Assembly (NCBI GenBank): GCA_021432655.1
Contig: MU271480.1
Location: 11,600-55,885 of the forward strand
Direction of reading: 5' to 3'
Source: Atractiella rhizophila
Taxonomy: Eukaryota
DNA length: 44,286 nt
Position numbers and translations under genes: made by a program
Shown: piece after piece, positions 13,525 through 26,821 of the stretch
Layout of the letters: every line of letters begins with the position of its first letter
How positions within the stretch are numbered: the first letter of the stretch is position 1
The notes under the pieces: model-generated
Database searches by the model: none
What the model saw: only the letters and a program-made list of their open reading frames with translations
Told to the model about the DNA's origin: nothing

Positions 13525-15004
13525 ATGTGGATCACAATCCTCTTCAGCTTACTGCCGTTCGTCACCCCCTTTCCATTCTCTGGAAATAGGAAGCATAGTC
13601 CCACACTCAAGGGAGCCGCCCCTCAAGGCTTGTTGGTCGGGGCAGCTCTCAATACGTCCTATCTACGCAATCCCTCTCTGCCAGAATATGCTAAAGTAGC
13701 TGGAGCTCAATTCTCCATTTTTACCCCGGAGGTGCGCGGCTTCTCCCTTTGCGTGGAAAATAATAGAAATCTGGGACGGATAGAATGCCATGAAGTGGGA
13801 GACAATTGAACCTCAACCTGGAGTTTTTAATTTCACTCCTTGCGATCAGATTGTAGAGTAAGGATTCCAAACCTTTGTTCTCATGTTCATATATAATATC
13901 ATCGGCTGACCGACGCAATAGTTTTGCAGTGAATATTGGAGCAAAGGTCCATGGTCTGTACACCATTGTTGTTAACCCGTTTTGAGCTCCTCACGACATC
14001 GAGAAGGACACACATTTATCTGGCAAAATCAAAGGGCCCCATGGGTCAACGAATCACTTTCCTCTTCGGAGCTTGACAAAGCCCTGAGAAACCACATTTT
14101 CAAAATCATGGATCGTTATAAGGCCTGTTTCCGTCTTGCCGATGCTGCCTCGTCCTAACGCTGAACACAGGGTAGGGTGCAAGCATACGACATTATTGTA
14201 GGCTTGTCCTCGTCGTTTTATGAACTCCAATAGATGATATATGATTTAGAACGAGCAAATTGCAGACAATGGAACCCTTAAAGACACCATTTGGTCAAGA
14301 GCTTTCGGTTACGACTTATTCGAGAAGGGTTTAAGATACGCAAGGTGTGCTGCTCATGTCTCCGGATTGCAAACTAGCTGAGATCCAGAATAGGGCTGCA
14401 GATCCGAAGGCAAAGCTCTTGTCCGTTGAGTTTTTGTGGGAATTTTGTCTCAGCACTGACGTAGAAGATGCGAAGCATTAACGACTGTGAGATAGTCGCC
14501 TTTTCCCAATTAAACTAAGAAGGGAAGCAGATAACATTGAAGGAATCAATAACAAATCTGACGCACTGTATGCTCTAGCAAAACAGTTACTTACCAAACG
14601 TTAGTCCTTTCTTCCATGTATTGGTTCTGATGAATGAAAACACCATCGCAGGTGTCCCCCTGGATGGAGTAGGCTTCCAAGCCCACTTCACACTAGGTTC
14701 CATCCCACCGACATTGAAAGAAAACTTGCGTCGATTCTCCGACTTGGGTTTACAAGTTGCGATTACGGAACTTGATATTCGACAGCCGCTGAATGCTACC
14801 AACCCCGAGTTGCACTATCAAGAATACAAACAAGTTGTACAAGCCTGCCCGCAGTGTGTTAGCATCACCAAGTGGGGAGTATGGGACGCAGGGAGTTGGA
14901 TACCTGGTTTCTTTCCGGGTTACGGAAGCGCGTTGACCTATGACAAAGAGTTTAGGACGAAGAAGGCTTGGTATGGATTCAGGGACGGTTTAGCTTCATT
15001 ATAG
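13525..15004 (+). CDS. Glycoside hydrolase family 10 endo-1,4-beta-xylanase, secreted
   Basis: Signal peptide; spliced TPENAMKW, HTFIWQNQ, YDIINE (acid/base Glu), DPKAKL-INDYNIE, LDGVGFQAH, ITELD (nucleophile Glu), WGVWDAGSWIP. Confidence 0.93.
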
Positions 15005-16653
15005 CTACCAAGTATGATCACGTGAAAATGCTCGTTGCGTTGCTTGCCAAGGGAAAGGAACGGTTTTGTGGCTTTGCTGAATACAGAATGAAGTTTGACA
15101 TCCAGAATACGTCTGCGGCAATCGTGGCTTCTTCCTTGATCCTCATGTGGCCTTCTCTCCCTTGATAGGCTAAATGTAGGGAAAAGAATCCCTCTTCGAT
15201 CCTCCATATTTCTCGACGTATGTCATTTCTTCACTCCGATGAATGAGGAGGGGAGGAGGGATAGTTCTCTCGTTTTTATATTAGTTGCTTTCGTTTCCGT
15301 TCGTTTCCATCTCTGGCTTCCATTCCTCAGTTTGGCTCTTACATTGGCCACATTTAGCGTCGTGATCAAGGACAATACATAGATTTATATCTCGACCAAA
15401 CGGATGTGTGTCTCGTTATAGAACCCAAAAGAGGGCTTTACAGAAGGGCATGACTTCCTTCCGTCCTGCGAAGTTTGCTGGTTGTTTCAACATTGGAGAA
15501 TTCGGGACAGTTCTACATCCTTTGGCGAATCTCACAACCTTGGCGCTATCCCTGCTCTGTGCTATCGCGAAAGCTAGACAGCGCACCCCAAGACTTTGGA
15601 ATAGTTGAATACCCTCCAACCTGCCGGTTGACGAGTTGAAGCAACGAAGAAAGGCATCAATGCAAAGGACTGAATGATTGAGTTTAGAATGCTGCCAAAG
15701 TCCACCAAAAATATGCCAGCGATTTAAAAGACATTGTTACAGACTCCAATATGCCACCTGTGCGCCCTTCGTAGTATTTTCTAATGCATTATATCGACTT
15801 TGGGCTCTTCCAGAAGTCTCAGAAGAGGAAGTCCTCGACAGGTGAATGTGGAAGAAAATACGAAGGTCAGTCCCTGTTGTCCTCTGAAGCAGGTGCCTCC
15901 GCGTTGGAGATGTTGATCCAGACGCCACGAATCAACCAGGAAACGGAAGGGCAAAGTAGTCATCGAATCATCTGAAGAAGAAGATTGAAGATTTTTCATC
16001 ATGAAGTGAGCACATTCATCGTAATTTTCGCAATATTTTGCTGTCGCGCGAAAGATTGTGGTTGATATTTGTCCTTTCAGGTAAATCCATTCCGTCCCAC
16101 ATTTAGCGAGTAACCAGAAATTATCATTTTGAGGCAAAAATAAAAAAATGCTGTCTACTTGTGTCGAATCAACTGTTGGTGCATCATGTTCTCCATATAT
16201 GCCATTTGCGTTGCCCTAAGTTCATTGCCTTGTTTCGTATCAGCTAACCTAGGAAGTTGCGGATGAGGCTGAGCTTCGGTAGCTGAGGAAGGCTTGATAC
16301 GAAATCTAGCACTCTCATTGTGCAACTATTGGAAGTCCCTGAAGGTGAAGTAAGAATTCCCTCCCATAGGACGCTGGCAGTTGGATACTCGATCTCTTTT
16401 CCGGCTTTTGGAGCGCCTTCACTTACGATGAAGAGTCCCGTAAGAAGGCTCGGGAGCCTGTGTATTCAGGAACTATCAAGCTTCGTTGTAGGACCGCAGT
16501 TGACATGTTGCTTCAGCTTCAGGGTGTAAGTTGAAATGGGTTAGGTGGTACATTTCATCGTCATAGCTTCCAGGAAGCATCCCATCATCGAACAGTTACA
16601 ATCATTCCGTTCCATCATTCATAACGTTACCAACCTTAAGGCACAAGTACCCA

Positions 16654-19600
16654 CTAAGACGTCAGTCGCATGCAGTAATCTAGAGCAACCCATCAGGCTC
16701 TGACGGTACAAGGAAAGGAATTGAGACCCACCAGGATTGCCTGCAGGATTCAAAGCCCATTGTGGAAAGCTCGTGACCTTCCCTCCGGCTCCTCCAACAG
16801 CGAAAGAGTAAATGAAAATCATAACCTCAGTCCCGCCATCCAAAGCCGCCGAAACTAAACAACAATCAGTCCTGTCAGGAATGAGCAAGTATGGTAGTGT
16901 ACCCAGGAAATTGTACTAGACCATATCGGTCAATGATGGTTCGAAGGGAAGTACGGAAAAATGTACTTTACGGAACCATCTTGGGTGATACTTCCTCAGC
17001 CAGAACTGGGATACTAAGCAGAGGAGGAAGGTAGTGAAGATTGAAGAGTTGATTCCTCCACTCAAATAACCGATACTTGCTGCCACCATGGGTGTAATGA
17101 CGGTATTCGCACGGAGATGTGGGAACTTCTGATGGATGAGCCAGAATGGGACTGGAAGTGCGAGACCAATGAAGATTGAGAGGGGTATGATTCCATATCG
17201 GGAACTTGGCCTGCAGAACCTATTCATCCACAAAGATAAGGTGCCACAAGATCAAACATACGCGTAAAGGTGTTTTGCAAGTGCACCCCAGGAAACAGCG
17301 TTTGAATTGAAGCTTTGGACTCCAGCTCCGGACCATGTATTTGTTCCTTGGACCGAAAGAAGGATCTCACGATGCGAATCGACTACAGTCCTCATTATGA
17401 CATAGTTCAAAAGTGCGCTGTAAGAGCAATAAGTAATACGTCTCTTCAGTAAGAAAAACTGACCCAATAACGGCTCCCAAGTTTTGCATGGTGAATGTTA
17501 CTCGTGGGGGCAGTTTGGTATACTAAAACTAGATGAGAACCAATATTGTATGTTCGATGGAATTGCGTACTTGTCCCATCTTTAAATCTCTAGTCATAGA
17601 CCGTCCTTGCTCTGTTGAGTTGTACGCATAAAGCGAGAAATACCTGTTTGGATAGTTCAGCGCAATCACACCTAACAGCGTCCTACGGACATGTTTGCAA
17701 TCGGCTTTCCAGGCAAGATAGCAGCAGCAATCATTTGCGCCACCTTCGAGACAAGTTAGTTTGAGAAATGAAAAGCCGCAACTTGCTCACATCTTGTGTT
17801 CCAGGTACGAAGCAAAGGACTCCATAGAGAGTAGAAATGATAGGCAGGAAAATAGCGGCAAAGAGAACTGAAACAATCAATCCCCACCAAGGAAGTTGAG
17901 AATGTCCGGCTTTCCCAGTGCGAATTAGCCTCGACAAGAGGAAAGAAAGCTAGATGCGTACTATAACAGGTAGCAAATGCAATGGCGAGTGATGCAACAA
18001 ATAAACCAACATACCACAAATAAGGAACCTGCATATGTTCACCCATGCGTTCTCGTTCACTAAGAAGTCAGTACTAACCTCCTTATACACCTTCATCTTC
18101 TCGTAATGCGCATCCTCAATTGTCCCACGCCTACTCTTTATAACGGCATCTTTGATATCCTTCCAGTACCATAAAATGAGATGGGTGACCGTTGCACCGA
18201 AGCTGAGGGAATTCCCAATGGCTGTGACCGTTTGAGTGGCTGAGAACCAGGGCAGACCGACTTCAGCTAGTTTAGCTTCATCAAGCTCGAACTTGTCCGT
18301 GAGAATTGTAGTTTGATCGAACACACTTCCTAATAATACATACCGTCATCAACCACATTCATGCATGCAGGCATTAGGACCCTTACCATTTTCAAGGAAG
18401 AGAAGCTGCGACAGGAACGGAAAGTTTTGCGCTTTCCTACACGCAGTTCGCTCTTTCAGTGCCGTCACTAATAGCCAGACAAAACGCACCAGACGTTGTT
18501 GGCATACACCGCGCAGAAGCTGATGATGCAGATTAACACTCCGACATAAAGTGAAAGCTGGGTTTGGATAGGCTGGAACACTGGACCAACGACAAACCAT
18601 TATGTTTGCAGCTTCCGAAAGGAGATAGTGCCTACATGCTCCATACGCAGAGCCGCCCGACCCAACGTATTGCCAATCGAGACAAATGGCAAACAGCCCC
18701 AAACCTTCATTTCCGGCGGCGCCACCAAAGATCCTCGTGACCCATGGCGAATTCTGTCTTGCGAGACAAAAGATGGAGATCCCCGTCAAAGTTGGCGCGA
18801 TGTATTCAGGAAACCATTCTGGACACGCTTCAGAGGTCTTGACGGGTGAAAACAGAAGGAAAGTTACCCCAGACAAGAGCGATGCAGAACAAAGACCAGA
18901 AGAACTTTAGCCTCTTCTTCTGTAGTATGCTGTCTGCTCCACGATGTAACACATCGAACATCTGGATCGTGGGCATGAGGTTGGGGAAGACCTGGTGGGT
19001 CGGATACACGAGGAAGGAACGATATATTCCTGCCAATCCATACCCAATGAGTTGAGAACCAAGTAAGGTAAAGATGGCGATGGCGACGTTTGGTTTGAAG
19101 TGATAAAATCTTCACGAGTAAGAACTGAGCTGGATATCGATAGGAAAGAGCAGGATCGACGCACAAGTCATCGGCTGCAAAGATGTTGATGGCCAACGCG
19201 CCATGAGTGGCAGCTGCAGCCATGCTATAAAACCATCAGACTCGCCCTTCCCTCAAGGTGGATGACACGAACATAAGAGTTGCGACGTGTTCTTTGATGT
19301 TGAACTTTCCCGGATTGAGCCACCTGAAAAAGGCAGTGTCGTTCGTTTGGAAAAGCTTCCCCTCAGGACCAGGGAGGAGATATTCAAGCCCTCTCCCCAT
19401 GATATACGAAAACGTTTGAAGGAACAGTTGTGACTATTTCGATCCGATGCGGACACATTGGTTAAAGTTCTTTGAAAGGGAGTACGAAGGGGAACTAACC
19501 ACATAGACGGTCTGGGGACGGAAAGCAAAGATTTGGGAGAGTACAGCGCCAAAGCAAGAGAGCCCAATGGCGATGAACCACATCCTGAACGTCCAAACTG

Positions 19601-20045
19601 GTGCGCTTGGGTCATCAGCTAGAGAGACGAGTCGGTAGCCCCAGTCCTCGCTGTACAGCCATTAGTAGAAAACCTATAGGGAGATTGAGGCAAAACGTGC
19701 GAGGTTTCTACTGCCCTCTCTTTGCCAGTTGAATCGAGGTCAATCTCTCGTACATCTACCAACATTTCCTAATCAAAATGGCAAAGAAAGGAGATGGACG
19801 GCTCGCGCACCTTCCCACACGTCTCCGAGAGCTGCGATATCCTCCAGATCCGCTCATTCATTAGCAAAGCTCAAAGGAAACAAGGAAGAGCACACCTGCT
19901 TGACAGAAACGATCCCACTGCCAATCCCGCTGCCCAACTCATCCTTCAAACTTGCTTTCTCATCGAACTTCTCGTCCATCCCGTCACTTTGGACAGAGAA
20001 AGTGCGTTCTGGCTTCTTCGGCTGGCTTTGGATAGTCTCAGCCAT
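16654..20045 (-). CDS. OPT family oligopeptide transporter (complete, multi-exon)
   Basis: ATG at 20045 (MAETIQ). Motifs include EWFPEYIAPTLTGISIFCL, NEGLGLFAICLDWQYV, HYEKMKVYKEVP, PGKPIAN, YTKLPPR, YHPRWFRKYNFLVSAALDGG and terminal NPAGNPDYCMRLTS-TAG at 16654. Confidence 0.93.
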
Positions 20046-21758
20046 CCTCCTCAATGCTTTTTGGCCGCAGTTGTGAGATGCAAGTGGCGACGAGCAGAGG
20101 TCTACGAATAGCCTAGGGAAGCGAAGCAGATGGATTGTTGCGCTCTTTTATGACGGGACAGCGCTAGCAGACGTGGGGAAGCTTATCACACGGTCCTGTT
20201 CGTGTGTCGATCAGTGACCTGCGGGTATGCACCGACGACGAAGGCGAGTTATCAAATGCCAATCAACTGATGATATCCTTCGCAGATAAAAGATGAAAAT
20301 AGCCTGGCCCAGGTGACAAGAGACATTGGAGATGGAGATATCACTGTCTTGGACAGAGCCGAGCTCCAGTGTGGAGCATCCGACTGGTAAGGTTGGAGAA
20401 CGAAGGACAGGAAATAACGCAGGATACAGGAGCCTTGTAGAGCATTATTACTCTGAGCTCGGTATTGCAAGGCTGCGGCACTGGGTAGGTTTATCATAAC
20501 CTGTGGCATTCTCAAAGGTGATGAAAACTGGAGAACGCTAAACTCTAAATGACTGCCTCATCCATTCGAGCGACGCAGCACCGTGGCGGATATAGTTATC
20601 CAGAAGATAGGCGATAAGCACATCGCGCGTCACGACTCGATTCGATAACAAGCAATTTGAAGAATCCCAGTTGGTGGTTGCTTTTACCTGTTTCCCATCA
20701 CGTGAGTGCTGAAACTGACAACCAAAGAGGGACGAGGGAGAGGGGACTGGTGAGGAGATAAAGGATAAAGGGATATATCTCGATACAACTTCTCCGAAGC
20801 ACCTTGTAACAAAGCTTTGTTGCTGGTTGCAACGTACGCAGACACTTGCAAAGGAGGGCACTAGCTGAATACTCTCGAGTGAGCGAGCCGAAAATGTTTA
20901 AATATGCAAAAAGCCGTCGCAGACTCACACTACACGCTGCATCGATGGTCGAGAACGAACGCGATTAGAAGAGCAACATCGACTGGGAGCACGATAGTGA
21001 CCCCTACCGTGCACATATTCACATCTGTGGGCGATCACATGTACACATGTCTGTGACCCTCACGCCTCCCTCGACAGTTATTGCAAGTATCTCACAGAGG
21101 TGGCTACTTTCAGATTCTTAAAGATTGTCGTTGAAACTGGTTGAGCCGTGACCTGAACGTTGAGTGCCGTTTTGTGGTGTCATCATTAAATTGTTCTTTT
21201 GCAGTTATGTTCCTGAACGCGTGGACATTGAGTCGTGTGGAGTGAGGGGAAGGCGGGCTATAATAGGGGCACGCTGGCAGCTGTGATCTTTATGATTATG
21301 GTGCTGTCGTCAATACTGCTTCGAATAGATGCGCGAAAGCAATATGAACACATGAAGGTTCTGACTGTTGAGGGCAAAGAGGCGGGAGCTGGAGCTTGTC
21401 TGGCTGGAGTTGGGAAGGTACATCAACAACTCGGACGGGGGTGCTGCCAACAAAAGATCGCCCCGCCCAGAACATCACGCTTCTGTTGATTGCCGCAGGC
21501 ATGCCTTTTGCAGCACGCGAGCAAACGTTTGTGCTCCGCCGAGCCATAAGAATGGTGGGGCAATTAACGTGGCTGCCGACTTTCGCTTCAAAGGATCAGC
21601 TTCGACAAAGCTCCTTTGTTCGAGTGATTGTCAATTTCGTCCAGCACTCCCATACCCTCCTTCGTTCGCGTTTTGCCAACTGCTCCCTCTCAAGTGTCGA
21701 GAAAGTCGAGAACCGCAAATAGGAGTCTCCTCGACGTCATAACTCAATCTGGCCAAAC

Positions 21759-23735
21759 ATGCTCTCCTCATTCCTTTCCCTCTCCTTCTTGGCTCTTTCA
21801 GCCCACTCAGCCCCCTCCCCTTTCACGCGTCGCGCAACCGCTCCATCTCAGGACCCATTCTACATTCCTCCAGCGGGCTTCGAGTCTGCAGCTCCTGGTA
21901 CCGTCTTCGCAAGTCGGTCGGTTGACGTCTCTTCTTTCGGCTTCAAGGAGACTGTTCAGGCCTGGCAGTTGCTTTATAGGACAGAGTCACAGAATGGGAC
22001 TGCCATGGTTTGTTTCCTCGGGGCATTGAGCCGCCTGTTTTGCGGACGTGGATGGACTGATGAGGTTGGGAAAGGCAACTGTCACGACTGTGTTCCGTCC
22101 TCCTCCGGTCAATTCGCATGATCCATATCACCTTCTAGCATGGAACATTCCTGAAGATGCTAGTTCCTTCGACTGCAGTCCTTCGTACCTGTTCAACCAA
22201 GGAGAGACAGGATTGGGCGATAGCTCCACGACTGAACTATCCGCTTTCCTCTCTCAAGGTTCGTCCCTTTGTCCTTTACGTTCCTATGTACTCTGCTGAC
22301 AGTAACGTGAAGGGTGGATTGTGACAGCACCAGACTATGAAGGACCAAGCTCTGCGTTTGGGGCTGGAAGAATAGCAGGGAAAGGAGTTTTGGATGCTGT
22401 ACGAGCGACCTTGGGCTTCCGAGGGATGAGTTTGACCAAGTTCAGCAAAGTCGGCATTACTGGTTATTCTGGGTTGGTCTCTTGCCTTTCAGCCAACCTT
22501 TCAGATTCTCACAAGATGCGTAGTGGTGCGATTGCAGCTGGGTGGACAGCAGCGTTACAGCCTACAGTGCGTTGGATTACTTTCTTGGGATATTGCGATC
22601 GCTTAGATCCGTCTATAGTACGCACCAGAACTCAACATCGTCGCCGTTGCCCAAGGCGGCACCCCAGCAAATTCGACTGGTACCTCGGTATACCTGGATG
22701 GAACGCTTTATGCAGGTTCGTCTTTTCTTGATAAATCGAATAGGAGCTGAATTCATCGACACTCAAGGCTTCGCTGTTGGCGGCATCGCCGGTTTCACCA
22801 ACTCGTACAAAAGTGCGTGACTCGTGTTGTCGATTGTTGCCAAAGTTGATGGTTGGGCAGGCATCAATACTCTCTGGGGCAAGATCGCGACGCAACATGG
22901 AAAAGAAGCCGTGGAATTCTCCAACAGTCATTGCACGACGGATATGCTCATTGCCTACGCTTATCAGAAGATACAATCTACGGTATTTACCTCTGCAGGC
23001 GACCGACTATTGTATCTTCCAGAAGTCCAGGTACGAGGTTCTCCTGAACTGTTGAAGATATAGCTGAAGAAGCTTTCGTTGGTGGACAGAAAGTAGGAAA
23101 AGATAACACTCTTGGGCTTGTTGCTCACGAAACGCCGACTGCTCCTCTTTACGTTTACCACGCCGTGAATGACGAGATGTACGCGCTGCCCTTCGTATCT
23201 TAGTCAACCTGACACTTGTCTTGTGTGAAGCATCCCGATTGTCGATACAGAGACTATGGTCGCTTCCTACTGCTCCAATCACATCCACAGCCTCATTTTC
23301 GATGTTCGTTTCCTTCCACTCTTCGTTCCAATCGAGTTTTGGGTTATTGATACAGTGACATTGGGCATGTAGAGAATAACAGGCGACGCGGGACATACGA
23401 ACACATATGGTCTCAACTTTGCCAACGTGATTGCATTTCTGTCTGGCCATTTTGCTGGGATAGAGGCTTCGAAAGGATGCACCATCCGTATGTTCTTCCC
23501 TTCGCTCTCAAACATACCTGAGAGAGTATTGATGTTGCTGTGGGATGAAGGTGATGTGGATAGCAGCACGCTCTCCTCCGCTTCGAACTCGACCAGTGAC
23601 GCAACTTTGAATGCCTTGCAAAGCAAGCTTCTTCAGATCACCCAAGACAGGATAGGCTTGAAGAACGACAATGTGATGAAGGAGACTTTGCGACTTGAGT
23701 TGGAGAGGAAAGCTGACGCTGCAAAACGGGCATAA
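21759..23735 (+). CDS. Secretory lipase, LIP family (copy 4, divergent)
   Basis: Signal peptide, [46 protein letters not shown]; stop at 23735. Confidence 0.9.
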
Positions 23736-24884
23736 GCACCGCCATTGAGGGCATGTGAAGATTCCTGAAGTTGTGATACCCAATAGTCAAGCTAATCTTT
23801 TGAATCAACTACCAAACCAAAGATGATGCCGCGAGCAGAATAACTTGTTGAAGTGCTCAAAGCTTTCAGAAAGAAAGGATTCCAGCTATTTGCTCTAGGC
23901 TGCAAACTGCAGTTATTGCTCCTTTAGAGAAGCGCTAGAAGTCATCTAGTCATCTCGCGTCTCAACACATCAGGTCAAGTGACACTGTAGGAGTCACGAG
24001 CGACATTTCGGTCAGCCTTGCCTTGGTTCCGATTTCGATCAGAAAAAAACGACCCCAACGCAAACGCCACCATCGACCATCAGTCTTCCTTTTCTGCAGC
24101 ACATCACAGCCGAGTCACAGAAGAAGTCACAGGAAATGGCTGATAAAACACCGTCGAGACCTCTGAAGAACAGGGGAGAGGATCTGGTGGCACCGTATGT
24201 TCCTTCCTTTGTGCCAAATCTAGTCACAGTGAACGGTTTGATGAGACTGATTGACAATGCTCTGCTTTCTATTTTGCAAGTACAAGAACATCCTTCAAAA
24301 GGGTGAAAAGATTTCAAGTACTCTAATCAATGAATTCAGTTTGTGGGACCGTGCTTCTCTGGTGGAGGTGGTGCTCCTCATTCTGCTGTCAAGGATCTAC
24401 ATGTTTCCTGACACAGGGTTTATGAATGACCCGAGACGTGGCTACTTTCTACCCCTTTGTAGAAACAGCCTCGACACTTTGTCGACAGTGATTGCAGTTC
24501 TGGGAAAGAGAGGCGCTTAGCGTCACTGTTCGTAGATCAGGCAATTTGCCTCTCATCAGACGAAAGACAGGAGTCAGTGAGGCTACTTTGGGAACGTTGG
24601 ATTTTGCACTGGGTTGATGCCACTTCCGATCTCCACTTTTTGGATTGCTGTTTCAAGAACTTACCTTCTTCTCATTTCTGTGGTTGATTCCATCTGAGGT
24701 CAAGTGAGCTCTGATTTCAGGTTGAGCTATCAAGCAGACCATGTTGTGGATCAGATGGATGTGATTGGATGATCTGAGACTGTTCCCACCGCCTTGTGTT
24801 TCTCCGGCTTGCTTGATTTTCGCTTCCCTGATATCTGCTCGAAACATTTCGTCTCATTTCCCATACTGACAACACATTTGCAGA

Positions 24885-26428
24885 ACCCCTCAAAACACTC
24901 CTGCTACGCACGCGACACCAAATGCTCTGTCGTACGTCTCCTATCCCAAATTACACCACACTGATTTTCAATGGAATAGCCGACCCCAAGTTCCCACTAC
25001 TGTAGATGAGGAAGAGGAAGAGGATGATGAAGATATCCCTGTCATCAGCAGCGGAAACAATGGAGGAGATCAAGCCGCACGAGTCGCTCAACTCGTCAAT
25101 ATGGCTGGTGGCGGAGCTCTCCTCAGTTCGTTTCTCCTATCGCACACCACAAGGAATTAGCGCTCATTGCCTCATCTGGTATATAGCGAACATGGTTCAA
25201 AGCCGTTTTAACAGTCTGCTTGGACAGTCCAGTGGTTACATCGAATCCCTGGATCAGAGCGTCAAGTCAAGACTCACGGGTCTGAAAGGGCTTCAAGCGG
25301 AGCAGTTCGAGATCGAGTCGGAGCTGAAGAAGGAGATTCTGGAGTTGAAGAAGAAGTACACGGCCAAATTTGATCCTCTCTTCGCTCGGAGGAAAGAGAT
25401 TGTCTTGGGTTTGAGTGAGCCAAATGACAAAGAATTCGAGAAGGGTTTGGAGGAAGAGGAGAAGGATGACGACGAGGACGATGAGGAAGAGTCTGATGAC
25501 GAAGAAGAGGAGCAAGAGAAACCGAAGAGCCGAAGAGCGACCAAGGAGGAGATCGAGAAAGGGCCGAAGGGTGTGCCTGAGTTCTGGCTTACAGCGATGA
25601 AGAATCATGTGGGACTTTCGGATTTGATCTCTGAACGGGACGAGATGCTGCTGAAGCATCTGATCGACTTGAGAGTGTCTTACGATTTGGAGGAGAAGGG
25701 AAAGCTGGGCTTCAAGCTCATCTTCGAATTCGATAAGGACATCGTCGGGAAGGACTGGTTCGACAATGAAGGAGGCTTTCTAGAGAAAACTTATTATTAT
25801 CAAGATAAAGTTGCCTACGATGGGGATTTTGTTTATGATAAGGCGGTGGGAACGCAGATCAAGTGGAAGGAGGGGAAGGATCTCACTGTGAAGGTGGAGA
25901 AAAAGCGCCAAAGGAATAAAAGTTCGCTTCCTGTTTTCCCCCAATCGCCATCGTTGATCAGTTGTGATCTAACAGATACTGGTCAAACGAGAACGATCAA
26001 GAAAACCGTCCCCACCCCTTCATTCTTCACCTTCTTCTCTCCTCCTGACCCAGAAGAGATTGATGACGAGGATGAAGATGAAGAAGATGACCTGCGAAAT
26101 AAGCTCGAGCTCGACTACCAAATCGGAGTCGACATCCAGGAGCGCGTAAGTTGTTCTGACCTGTCTTTCATCTTGTTTTTTGGTGAGCAGTAATGCTGAA
26201 TTGTCATTTGCAAAGTTGATACCGAGGGCGATTGACTACTTTACTGGACGAGCCCTCGAGTTCGATGAGACAGATTTCGACGACGACGACGATTATGCCC
26301 TCGATGACGATGAGGACGAAGAAGAGGAAGATGAAGAAGATTTCGCCCCGAGGAAAATCAAGAAGGCGCCCAAGCCACCTATTAGTGGAGTTACACCCAC
26401 CGAGCCTCAGGAATGCAGGAATCAGTAA
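24885..26428 (+). CDS. NAP1: Nucleosome assembly protein 1 (start not resolved)
   Basis: TPQNTP exon at 24885, then LLGQSSGYIESL, KGVPEFWLTAMKNH, GDFVYDKAVGTQIKWK, KKRQRNK, SFFTFFSPP, LELDYQIG, LIPRAIDYFTG and a C-terminal ECRNQ. Introns resolved by hand; first exon/ATG not found (in-frame ATGs at 25101 and 25192). Confidence 0.92.
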
Positions 26429-26787
26429 TTCCCACACCGTGCTAACATATTGTTTGTCGCCCTTCCTTCATTCAAAAGTACTATAATTGACGGACAGAAT
26501 ATTGGGTTGCAGGTGGAAGAAGGTTGCTTGTTTTCCATTCCCTCATTTTGCTTTCAGTCTTTTGATATGATGTTTGAACCACGAAAGAATGATGTACCAC
26601 ACTTCTGCCTGATTGAATGCTCTCCCCTTCCGAATCATCGCAATGGATAGAATGCATTGACCGCGATCACTTGCTCTCATGTTCACGCCTTCATCGTCTT
26701 TTGTTCCAACTCCATCTCCCCATACCCGATGTCGTGCCGTTCTTGTTCTCCCCCCTGTTTGACTCTCATGCGCTGTCGATCACTCAG

Positions 26788-26821
26788 GTCTGCCAAAATT
26801 CCTTGTCTGCCAAAATTCCTT
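26788..26821 (+). repeat. Perfect 17-bp tandem repeat (gtctgccaaaattcctt x2)
   Basis: Directly visible in the intergenic region between NAP1 and the WOPR-bZIP gene. Confidence 0.9.
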
